A stretch of DNA of 59,000 nt from Chiloscyllium plagiosum (Eukaryota): NCBI RefSeq assembly GCF_004010195.1, contig NW_025215021.1:1-59000 (forward strand), read 5' to 3'. Positions 37,794 through 48,787 of this stretch are shown one piece after another. A program made the position numbers and the translations under genes. The notes under the pieces are model-generated. The model was not told the origin of the DNA. It saw only the letters and a program-made list of their open reading frames with translations, and searched no databases. Within the stretch, counting starts at the first letter, position 1, and each line of letters begins with the position of its first letter.

Positions 37794-38006
37794 TGAAGTA
37801 GAGGTGCCGGTGTTGGACTGGGGTGGACAAAGTTAAAAATCACACAACACCAGGTTATAGGCCAACAGGTTTATTTGGAAGCACACTAGCTTTCAGAGTG
37901 CTGCTCCTTCATCAGTGTTTATCCACCTAATGAAGGAGTGGCACTCAGAAAGCTAGTGCTTCCAAATAAACCTGTTGGCCTATAACCTGGTGTTGTGTGA
38001 TTTTTA
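37794..38006. mobile_element. Fold-back mini-PLE (family 2) with hammerhead-like cores in both arms
   Basis: Arms 37835-37915 and 37927-38006. Minus core CUGAUGA-A-GGAGCagcACUCU-GAAA-GCUA. TSD tctctggacatca/tgtctcgacatca (11/13) at 37781-37793 and 38007-38019. Confidence 0.85.
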
Positions 38007-38338
38007 TGTCTCGACATCAATTTTCCCCAGGACCTTTCCATTTACTGTATAGTTTGCTCTTGAGTTGGATCTTCCAAAATGCATCACCTCGCATTTGCCC
38101 GGATTGGTCTCCATCTGCCGTTTCTCCCCCCAACTCTCCAACCTACCTATATTCTGCTGTATTCTCTGACAGTCCCCTTCACTATCTGCTACTCCACCAA
38201 TCTTATTGTCATCTGCAAACTTTCTAATCAGACCGCCTTTACCTTCCTCCAAATCATTTATGTAAATCACAAGCAACAGTGCCCCTCTGGAACACCACTG
38301 GTCACAGTCTCCATTTTGAGAAGCTCCCTCCCATGACT

Positions 38339-38628
38339 ACTCTCTGTCTCCCGTTGCTTAGCCAGTTCTCTATCCATCTAGCTGGTACACCCTGGACCCC
38401 ATGAGACTTCACTCTCTCCATCAGCCTACCATGGGGAACCTTATCAAATACCTCACTAAAGCTCATGTATATGACATCTACAGACTCTCTGTCTCCCGTT
38501 GCTTAGCCAGTTCTCTATCCATCTAGCTGGTACACCCTGGACCCCATGAGACTTCACTCTCTCCATCAGCCTACCATGGGGAACCTTATCAAATACCTCA
38601 CTAAAGCTCATGTATATGACATCTACAG
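38339..38628. repeat. Identical 145-bp tandem duplication within CR1
   Basis: 38339-38483 equals 38484-38628. Confidence 0.9.
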
Positions 38629-39439
38629 TCCCTTATGCTCATCAATCAAATTTGTCACTTCCTTTGAGAACTCTATTAACTTAATAAGACATGACCTTCA
38701 CTGCACAAAACCATGTTGTCTATCACTGATAAGCCCATTTCCCTCCGAATGGGAATATATCCTATCCCCTAGTATCTTCTACAGAATATACAGGATATAT
38801 TCTGTAATTACCTGGCATATCCCTGCTACCCTTCTTAAACAAGGGGACAACATTCGCAATTCGCCAATCTTCCGGGACCTCACCCATGTTCAAGGATGCT
38901 GCAAAGATATCTGTTAACTTTCCTCCTTTTTGTCCTTGAGTGAGCCAACCCTTTCCCTCAAAGAATAAGAACAAAGAACAAAGAAAATTTATAGCCCCGG
39001 AACAGGCTCTTCGGCCCTCCAAGCCTGAGCTGATCCAAATCTACGGTATAAACTTGTCGTCCAATTCCTAAGCATCTGTATCCCTCTGCACTCCAACTAC
39101 TCAAGCATCTGTCCAGACACATTTTAAATGAATTAGAGATCAGAGATTCAGAACACTTGCAGGGAGAATGGAATAGACCATTGCATGGGTTAGTGTCACA
39201 GGCCATTGTGAAGAGGTATTCTTCCATGGAAAGAGTGAAAATCTCAGTAGTCATCAAGAAGATCAATAACAGCAATCAAATTAGCCTATTTATGCCTTCA
39301 TCATAGTTGAGCACACAATGGACATCAGTATACCTTGCACCCTAAATAGAATGAGCAATACATTAACCTTGACATTATGGCATATCACTAATTTGCAGCA
39401 AGCTGCTCTGAATAGCAGTAATGATTTTTAACAACACTC

Positions 39440-39872
39440 AAGAATATGAACACCATTCAGGACAAAACCAGCCTGTTCCATCAGCACTTCATATACCACC
39501 ATCAACACACACTCTTTCACCACAAACGTGCAGTTGGCAGCAGTGTGTACCATATACAAGATGCACTGCAGTAGCTCACCAAGGCTTTTTCAATAGCACC
39601 TTCCAAACCAATAACCTCTACCACCTATATGGACAGGTTACCACCATCCATAAGTTCCCATTAAAAACTGATTTGGAACTTTACCGCTGTTCCTTCATGG
39701 TCACCGGAGAGAACATTCTGGACTTTCTCTACTGATGGCGCTGTGGATGTAGCTACATCACATTCACTGCAGTGGTCCCAGAGGATTGTTCACCACTATC
39801 TTCACAAGAGCATTTGGAAATGGCCAAAAAATATTGACCAAGCCAACAAATCTCATATCCCATGAAAAAACA
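39440..39872 (+). mobile_element. 3' end of the old CR1/L2-group LINE
   Basis: Homologous to the reverse complement of 17940-18110 (gcagcagtgtgtaccatatacaagatgcactgcag); ends catcccatgaaaaaa-like. Confidence 0.65.
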
Positions 39873-40677
39873 TTGAAATTTATGCAACTGGCCCATGAAA
39901 GGGACGATGGTGAGATGGGGATGTAGAAAAGTCCGTATACTTTTCAATCAATGTCATCCCTAAATTCACTGTTCAATTGATACTTGACCATCTTCCTGTA
40001 GCTCTGTTTGCATCTGTAGAGGTGCAGTCTTTAAGGAGAACCTCTTATCGATTCTAAAACCCAGAGAATATCAACCAGCAATGATCTCAACAAGCAAAGC
40101 AGGAGTCTGAGAAACCTGTACCTACCTCTCCTCAAGCCATAGAAGATGCAAAGAAAGAAAGTGCAAAGCTTTGTTAGTTCACTATAGGTAAGAAAATGTC
40201 ACTTTGTGAAGTTTCTGTTCTTCAGTAGAATCACAAAATGTATTACTTTGAAACCCTTGCCTATGTTACCTATTTCCAGCTGCCGGGTGATGTCCTCATT
40301 TGTTTTTTCAGTCTAAATAAATGTACAGATCTGTACATTTTGACAGGATTGACAGGAACCAATGGGTGGATGTTTGTGGCTGATTAACTGATATGAGTGG
40401 GATTGGGAGGGGAGCAAGATTTGTGATTGCTTTATGCAGCTATCACATCGGTCTAGCCATAGTAAACCTTACTGAATCCTTNNNNNNNNNNNNNNNNNNN
40501 NNNNNNNNNNNNNNNNNNNNNNNNNNNNNNNNNNNNNNGCAGCCCAGGCCAGGGGATTCGGAACACAGTCAGGGTAACTGTGAAGAAGGTGGAGGAGTGT
40601 ACACCAGTCGATCTGACAGTGGTTGTGAAAAACGTTCCGCTCAACTGCTGTGGTTTCCAAGCTGCCAATATCTACTG

Positions 40678-41202
40678 TGGGGGAGATGCGACTGTCACAC
40701 ACCTCCTTCTTAAATCTGCCTATGCAAAGGATGTCTGGAGAGGAATGCAGTGGTGTTTGTCGAGGTTCATCCCGAGCAACCCGTGACACGGGGCTCAGTT
40801 CTCCATTGGCCTGTTTTCCGGGACACACACAAGCACGGAGGATCATCCCAAAACCTGTTGGTCTTCCACCTGAAGGAGTTGATGCCGCCTGAGTGTTGCA
40901 GACTGGCACATTTCAACGTCCAGGACTACGTGCTGAGGGACACACTGAAGCTTGGGGCAGCTGCTGCCAAGGCGCGGTTAGGTCTGCCCTGTCTATGAAA
41001 AACGTCGGGCCCACTCAATAATTGGGCTCCACTGACGCCTCAGCTAAACATCTGGATAGTCAACATATAGACTTGTATATACAAACGATTCAGTCTGATC
41101 TGAGGATGGAAAGAAATGCAATATATTCATATGAATGGCATCACCAATTGTACAGAGACCAAAATATTTTTATGAATAAAGTATATTTTTGAAATAAAAA
41201 AA
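40678..41202 (+). mobile_element. 5'-truncated Tx1 3' end inserted into ORF1 of a related Tx1
   Basis: Homologous to 46015-46720; AATAAA plus A-tail; TSD atctactg at 40670-40677 and 41203-41210. Confidence 0.85.
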
Positions 41203-43848
41203 ATCTACTGCCTGCAGGATTTCCCCAGTGTGACCTTCAATGTGACCTTCAGGAATGTGAGTAACTCCTGAAGGTAGTTAAGGAGAAAGAAGGGGAGACT
41301 CTGTTCTCCATTTTGTGTCTGGTACCGTTGTGTGGAGTAGGGTTGTTACCATGTATATGTCGAACCCCCACGTCCCAGCAGCTGATGATCTGACCTTCCA
41401 GGGAAGATATATGCAGGTGGAAGGAGACAGCACAGATGTTGTAGACCCGTTTGGAATCTGGACCAGCAAGAGGCAGGTCAAGGTGGCCCTGAGTGTCACT
41501 GCCAGTTGAAACATCCTCCACCCACCTTCCACCTTCGTAATTGGAGGGAGCAGGGGCTACCTAACATACACAGGGCAGTCTAAAGTGTGCCGAACCTGTG
41601 GGAGATCAGGACACACGTCAGCGGTTTGTAAGGCAATCTTCTGTCGGAAGTGCAAGCAGGAGGGTCTCCTGAACAAGGACTGTCAGGAGGTAAAGAGCTG
41701 CAACCTGTGAGGATAGGAGGGTCACATGTACAAGGCCTGCCCAAGACGCAGTGGCGGGGTGGGGGTGGGCTGCTGATTACACACCTTTATCCGGAGGTGG
41801 CAATGTGAGCCGTGGACCACCAAAGACCAGCAAGGTACCACCAAACAGCAGGGGAACGGAGTCTAGCTGCACCCAGGAGGAAGAACAGGCTCCAGGTAAC
41901 TTGGAATCGCAAATTTCTGGCAGCCCCCCTGTCAGACACTGAACTGGACTCTGTGGACCCTAGTGTCAGCCTGATGACACCAAAATGGGGGCTAAAATTG
42001 CCAGTATTAATGTGTAGTGTTAAATCGTTTACGTGATGTGTTTCGACTTTGGCCTTCCTAAACAGTGTTAAAGCTGCTGTTCTGTTTCTGCAGGACTGTG
42101 GGATACTGCACCTCCACACCTACAGGAGGTTGTTGATCTTGTGGGCCCACAGGCCATCAGTTTGGTCGGGGGACAATGATAACTGTTCCTCAGGCCTGGA
42201 TATCCTGGTGCGAAGAGGCACCTTCACCATATCTGAGGCTAAGGAGTTATTGGGTGGGAGCCTCCTCGTCAGTTATCTCATGTACAGGAATGCTCCCCTG
42301 AGATTGATAAATGTGTACGCCCCAGCGGATAAGAGGGAATGGTTGGCTGTTTTGTCGCAGCTCCCACTGTTGCTGGCTACATCCAGGCAGGTCATTCTGG
42401 CCGGAGACTTCAACTCCATCATTGATGATCCGGCGGTTGGGGGATGGGGACAGTAAACTGGACGCCACATCCGCAATCCTGATGGAAACGGTCAAAGATG
42501 CCAAGCTGCGCGTAGCTACACCTGGTCATGGGCAGACAGGTCTATCCGCTCAAGGATAGTTTACCTGTTTGTGTCCCGAACGTTCTCGGACAGATCCACC
42601 GACGTCAAGACGGTGTTCTTCTCTGACCACTGCCTTCTGCTGTCCGACTGACACCTACAGGACACGCAGCGGGCTGGTCAGGACACGTGGAAGCTGAAAA
42701 CAAAGTTATTGACCCCAGGAAACATTGAGGAACTCAAGAGGGATTACGCAAGTTGGTGAACCGAGAAGCTCGTCTTTGAGTCTCCAGCGGACTGGTGGGA
42801 AACGGCAAAAGGGAACATCAAGAGGTTCTTCATCCTCAAAGATGTTCCGGAAGCGAGAGAGAGGTAGGGAAAACTGTCCCAACTCCAAGAAGGTATGCAG
42901 AACTTGCTCCTGCTGCAGACGATGGGGGTTGATGTCACAGAGGATATCCAGGAGATGAAGGGCCAACAAGCCTCGCTCTGTGCGTTGGAGGCATCCACGA
43001 TAATCTTTCAGTCCATGGTCCACATTGTGGAGCAGGACGAGACATGCTTGCATTTCTTCTTCTAGAAGGTGCACAAGGAGAGCTCCGTGCTCAGCAGCCT
43101 GAAGGAACAAGATGGCTCGATAATGTCATCTCAGGCTGACATCATGAGGATCAGCAAATCATTCCATGCCAGTCTGTATGTCTCGAAGACAACTGACAGC
43201 GCAGCCTCCCAGTCGTTCCTGTTCTCTATCATGGAGGTCTTAGACAACAGAACACGGGAGATGCTGGACCTGCCGTTATATCAGGATGAGCTGACCAAAG
43301 CCCTTGAGTGCCTTGAAAAGAATAAAATGCCCAGAAACGACGGCTGGAAAATGTCGAGTTCCATTCTGCTTTAAGGATTTTGATTGGCCAGGACCTGCTG
43401 GAGGTTTATGCCAGTATGCTTCTGTCAGGTGCCATGAGTGAATCCATGAGGAAAGGCATCACCACCCTTATCATCTATAAGCATAAGGGGGAGAGGGAGG
43501 AAATTTGAAATTGGCGAGCAATCTCATTGCTAAATGGAGATTACAAAATCTTGTTAAAGGTTATTGCCAACCGGGTCAAGTGTGCTCTGGGATCGGTGAT
43601 TCACGCTGACCAAACCTGGGCTGGACCAGGCAGGAAGATCGCTGTGAGTCTCGCACTCATCAGGGAAACAATTGTCTACATGAAGGACAGGGGTGTGGAT
43701 ACCTGCCTCTTCAGCCTGGAGCAGGACAAAGCCTTTGACAAGATATTGCTCACGTACATGAGAGATGTTCTTTCCAAAATGGGCTTTGGGGAGGGAATCT
43801 GCAATTGGATCGACACCAGCATGGTGCAGTCTCAATCTTTGAATGGGA

Positions 43849-45328
43849 ATCAGACAGCTTTCCAGTCAGATCTGGAGTCAGGCTGGGTGCGTTCTCTTTC
43901 CTGCCTTGTTTGTGTGCTGCAAAGAGCCATTTGCCAAGTTCATCAGGAAGGATGCAAGCCTGAGCGGGGTGACTATTTCTGGCAGTGTGGGCTGACAGTT
44001 TAAGGTTTTCTTGTGCATGGATGATGTCGCCGTTTTCTGATCAGATCCGCTGTCCGTGCACAGATTCATGTGAATCTGTGACCAGTTTGAACAGGCCTCA
44101 GGGGCCAAGGTAAACTGAGGCAAGAGTGAGGCCATGCTCTTTGTGAACTGCGCCGACCAATCCTCCATCCCCTTCACCGGCAAGACTGACCACCTGAAAG
44201 TGCTGGGTATTTGGTTTGGATGGATGGGGAATGCGCCAAGTATTGGGAGGAGTGTATCAGTAACGAGGCAGAAACTGGGCAGATGGGAACAACGGTCGCT
44301 CTCCATCCCGGGTAAAAACCTCGTCATCAGGTGTGAGGTACACTCAGTATTGTTATATGTGGAGAAAGTGAGGACTGCAGATGCTGGAGATCAGAGCTGA
44401 AAATGTGTTGCTGGAAAAGCGCAACAGGTCAGGCAGCATCCAAGGACCAGGAGAATCAACGTTTCGGGCATGAGCCCTTCTTCAGCCTGAAGAAGGGCTC
44501 ATGCCCGAAACGTTGATTCTCCTGGTCCTTGGATGCTGCCTGACCTGTTGCGCTTTTCCAGCAACACATTTTCAGCTCTGATCTCCAGCATCTGCAGTCC
44601 TCACTTTCTCCACATATAACAATACTGAGTGTACCTCACACCTGATGACGAGGTTTTTACCCGGGATGGAGAGCGACCGTTGTTCCCATCTATCAGACAG
44701 CTTTCCAGTCAGATCTGGAGTCAGGCTGGGTGCGTTCTCTTTCCTGCCTTGTTTGTGTGCTGCAAAGAGCCATTTGCCAAGTTCATCAGGAAGGATGCAA
44801 GCCTGAGCGGGGTGACTATTTCTGGCAGTGTGGGCTGACAGTTTAAGGTTTTCCTGTGCATGGATGACGTCGCCGTTTTCTGATCGGATCCGCTGTCCGT
44901 GCACAGATTCATGTGAATCTGTGACCAGTTTGAACAGGCCTCAGGGGCCAAGGTAAACTGAGGCAAGAGTGAGGCCATGCTCTTTGTGAACTGCGCCGAT
45001 CAATCCTCCATCCCCTTCACCGGCAAGACTGACCACCTGAAAGTGCTGGGTATTTGGTTTGGATGGATGGGGAATGCGCCAAGTATTGGGAGGAGTGTAT
45101 CAGTAACGAGGCAGAAACTGGGCAGATGGGAACAACGGTCGCTCTCCATCCCGGGTAAAAACCTCGTCATCAGGTGTGAGGTACACTCAGTATTGTTATA
45201 TGTGGAGAAAGTGAGGACTGCAGATGCTGGAGATCAGAGCTGAAAATGTGTTGCTGGAAAAGCGCAACAGGTCAGGCAGCATCCAAGGACCAGGAGAATC
45301 AACGTTTCGGGCATGAGCCCTTCTTCAG
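43849..45328. repeat. 637-bp direct duplication (offset 843) joined by a perfect 411-bp palindrome (44281-44691)
   Basis: 43849-44485 versus 44692-45328 differ at about 4 positions; palindrome centre at 44486. Confidence 0.92.
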
Positions 45329-45402
45329 AATGAAGAAGGGCTCATGCCCGAAACGTCGATTCTCCTGCTCCTTGGATGCTGCCTGACCTGCTGCGCTTTT
45401 CC
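45206..45402. mobile_element. Fold-back mini-PLE (family 1), 197 bp, perfect 14-bp TSD, inside Tx1 ORF2
   Basis: TSD attgttatatgtgg at 45192-45205 and 45403-45416. Minus core CUGAAGA-A-GGGCucauGCCC-GAAA-CGUU at 45301-45328; the plus copy lacks C3. Confidence 0.93.
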
Positions 45403-47167
45403 ATTGTTATATGTGGCACAGGTCTTGCCTATTCACAAAACCTGCACTGTTGTAGTCACCCAGGCCATCTTCCACTTCATATGGAGATCAAAGATAGACC
45501 GGGTCTGAAGGGACACCATGTATAAAGGTCTGGGCAACGGGGGGAACAACGACCAAATGCCGCCCTCACCCTGATGACCACCTTTGTGTGTGGCTACATC
45601 AAACTGTGCGTGGATCTCCGGCAAACAAACACCATGTGTCAATACGTACAGAGATTCTACCTGTCCCCAGTGTTGCCAAGGATGGGCTTGACCACGTTGC
45701 TGCAGAACACTCCAAATAGTTGGACTGTTCCACATCACCTGTCCTTCGTGGAGAAATTTATGAAGGAAAATGCCTTGACCACAAGTCCTTCAGGAAGTGG
45801 TCAGTAGGCAGTGTCCTCGAGAAAAGGAGAGGGTGCATACTGTTGAGCAGTTCACTGGGCAGACTATCAAAGTCATTTGGCAGAATGCCTCATCACTAGA
45901 ACTTTCAAACAAGCACCAAGACATGGCTTGGCTGGTGGTGAGAAGGGCTCTGCCTGTGAGATCCTTTATGCACACCCGGACTCTCTGCCCCACTGCCCGC
46001 TGCCCTCAAAGTGACTGCGGAGGATTCGAGACTGTCACATACTTCCTTCCAGAATGTGCCTATTCAAAGGAAATCTGGAGAGGAATGCAATGGTGTTTGT
46101 CAAGGTTCATCCCGAGGAGCTCTGTGACCCAAGACTCCATGCTCTATGGTCTGTTCCCTGGGCCACACTGAGACCAACATCAACTATGCCTGGCGGATCA
46201 TCAACTCAGTGAAAGACACTCTTTGGTCTGCCCGAAACCTGTTGGTCTTCCAGTTGAAGGAGTTGATCCCGACTGAGTGTTGCAGACTGGTACATTCCAA
46301 GGTCCACGACTACGTGCTGAGGGATGCACTGTAGCTTGGGACAGCTGCCGCCAAGGTGCAGTGGGGAAAGACCACTCTGTCTGCATGCCTAAGGATAACG
46401 GGGCTCCCCCCCACACCCCAGTATTTTGGCTCCACTGATGCCTCAGCTAAACGCCAAGAGGCTGGATAGTTAATACACAGATTTGTAAATAAAAATTACT
46501 CAGTCTGTTTTCTGTATGTAAAGACATGTAATGTATACATATGAATAGAACATAGAACATAGAACAGTACAGCACAGAACAGGCCCTTCAGCCCACGATG
46601 TTGTGCCGACCACTGATCCACATGTATGCACCCTCAAATTTCTGTGACAAATGATATCACCAATTGTGCAGATGTCAAAAGATTTCTATGTATAAAGTAT
46701 AGGAAATAAATTTTAAAAATTACAGTTACTTCAATGTAACTACTGTACAGTTAGTCCCACAACATAATTGCTCGGTCTTACCAACATTAAGATGATATGT
46801 AATAATAATATTTCCTGCATTTGCTAAAATAAGAGATGATATCAATTACATAATTAAAATTTTTTAATCTCATCATCATATTTTAACAATATAATCTGTT
46901 TCATTTCATATCTTTAATGTTATTCTATCTTCCCCCTCACATGCATTTCACCGGACTTGGTTCATTATTGTCCCATTTGTGTCTAATATCTCTCAATCTA
47001 AATATAAATTGACTACCGTATTTCATTGTCAGTGTGGGCACAGTATTATTGTACTTCACGATGTAAAAGTAATATTGTTCCACTGTTTGTATTCCTATTG
47101 TGTGTTAATGATCGGGAACTTACTGTAATGATATCTCCATTGTGGCCATGCACACCAATCCCCGATT

Positions 47168-47612
47168 CAACGAACAAAGAAAAACAAAGACAATTTACTG
47201 CCCAGGAACAGGCTCTTCGGCTCTTCAAGCCCGAGCTGATCAAAATGTACTGTCTCAACCTGTCGGTCAATTCCTAAGCATTTGTATCCCTCTGCTCCGC
47301 ACCTACTCATGCATCGATACAGACGCATCTTAAATAAATCTACCGTGCCTGTCTCTACCACTGCTGCTGGCAACACGTTCCAAACGCCCACAACCCTCTG
47401 TGTGAAGTACTTGCCGCATGTATCCACCTTAAACTTTCCACCACTCACCTTGAAAGCATGACCTCTGGTTATTGAATCCTTCACCCTGGGAAAAAAATCT
47501 TGTCTCTATCCACCATGTTTATACCCTTGATGATTTTGTAAACATCAGTCAGGTTCCCCCTCAATCTCCTTTTCTTGAGTGAAAATAAACATAACCTACT
47601 CAACCTCTCTTC
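47168..47612 (-). mobile_element. CR1 LINE 3' end (subfamily B)
   Basis: ORF 47167-47484 TRGHAFKV...FTQRVVGVWNVLP. Confidence 0.88.
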
Positions 47613-48787
47613 AAGCAGGATTCATCCCTGCTTCGTTAGAATAGTGTACAATAAATTCTAGTATGTCATTTATTTCAGAGAATTACCATTGTTTCCTTGT
47701 GAAAATTAATGTCCACTGTCCTTTTCACACTTATGCTATTGATGAATTAACTCACCTGGTCTATCCTTGTGCATTTGGTACGAGGCAACTTTTTTTTCTC
47801 CAATTGCTTTGTGTTAATTAATGATTCATAATTAGTTGAATCTCTGGTGTGTCAGTTTTGTTTATTTCATTTCACCTAACATTGTAGGATGAAGTTAATA
47901 TTTTACATAAACAGTACTTTGCAGAACCACAGAACAGATCCATTACAGCAGCCTGCTCTTCTCAATCTGAGTTTATCATCTGCCAATTCGACATTTTCAG
48001 ATCTCTATCCCAGAGTGATTGTAATTTTCAAAGGTAGTGCTCAGCTTTACCATTGAATACTCCCAAATATTTCCTCACCAATGTCAGTGAATTTCATTTT
48101 CAGCACTCAGACTATTGGCCTACTGGAAAAGGAACAAGTCTGCAACATTGAACTGTACTGAGTCTCTTCCATTGTTTATTCACAGAATGAACCTAACATT
48201 GACGAGACCAACATTTGGATGGCATTCCAATCGGCTAAGTAGAAGGTGTTGTTACACCCACAGTGCTGTCAGGGATGGTGTTCCAGGATATGGAAGAAAG
48301 CAACAGCAATGGAAACTGATAGCGAGTGTTCTCTGGATGCATTCTCTGATGTCATGTGTGGAGGTGTTATTTCTGAATTCCAGACTTGGTTATTCTACTA
48401 ATTACCCACATCTGTATTTGGTATAATTATTTCCTGTGCAATTTGTCTTGTGTATTTCACAGTTCCCAATTGTATTTTGGGGGGGCTTCTGTTGTATTTT
48501 CTGTTTTGCCACATCTCTCATCCTCTCTCTGCCTCCCTTTATTTCATGAGTCTGGTAGTGACAGTGATCCTGTTCAGATGAAAATGCGGTCTGCCAGAGT
48601 GTTTCACGTGTTAGCTGTTCTCCATGGCAGTGACAGGTCTCCTGGTCATGGTCACGATTGTGATATTAAACAGGGTCGCTGGCATTTACTTCTAATTTAG
48701 TTTCCTACCTATCACATCAATTTTCAGTTTCCTTACGGCCTTAGATTAGCTCCTATGGAAAGTTCTACCTGGTCAGCAGCCGCTTTC

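Larger units (their letters stand above)
36828..38913 (-). mobile_element. CR1 LINE (subfamily B) RT/3' pseudogene hosting a SINE and a PLE
   Basis: ORFs 37271-37648, 38004-38276 (KFADDNK) and 38762-39022 (EDWRIANVVPLFKKG). A separate CR1 tail follows at 38960-39135. Confidence 0.9.
40539..46720 (+). mobile_element. Near-full-length Tx1-type (L1 clade) LINE pseudogene: gag-like ORF1 with CCHC knuckles; ORF2 APE-RT-CCHC
   Basis: ORF1 NTVRVTVKK...IYCLQDFP and CRTCGRSGHTSAVC..CRKCKQEG..CNL*G*EGHMYKAC (41585-41740). ORF2 from about 41985: IASINV, LFLQDC, LINVYAP, ILAGDFN, SDH, WRAISLLNGDYK, EQDKAFD, MDDV, CPQSDCGGFETVTY..EC. A-rich end. Confidence 0.88.

Noticed and set aside
41580..41745. Host ZCCHC3-like gene
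   Set aside because: The knuckles contain stops and lie in ORF1 position directly upstream of a Tx1 APE-RT ORF2.
46720..48780. Coding exons in AT-rich unique DNA (ORFs 48115-48426 and 48386-48700)
   Set aside because: No recognisable protein motifs or convincing acceptor-donor pair; regulatory function cannot be judged from sequence alone.
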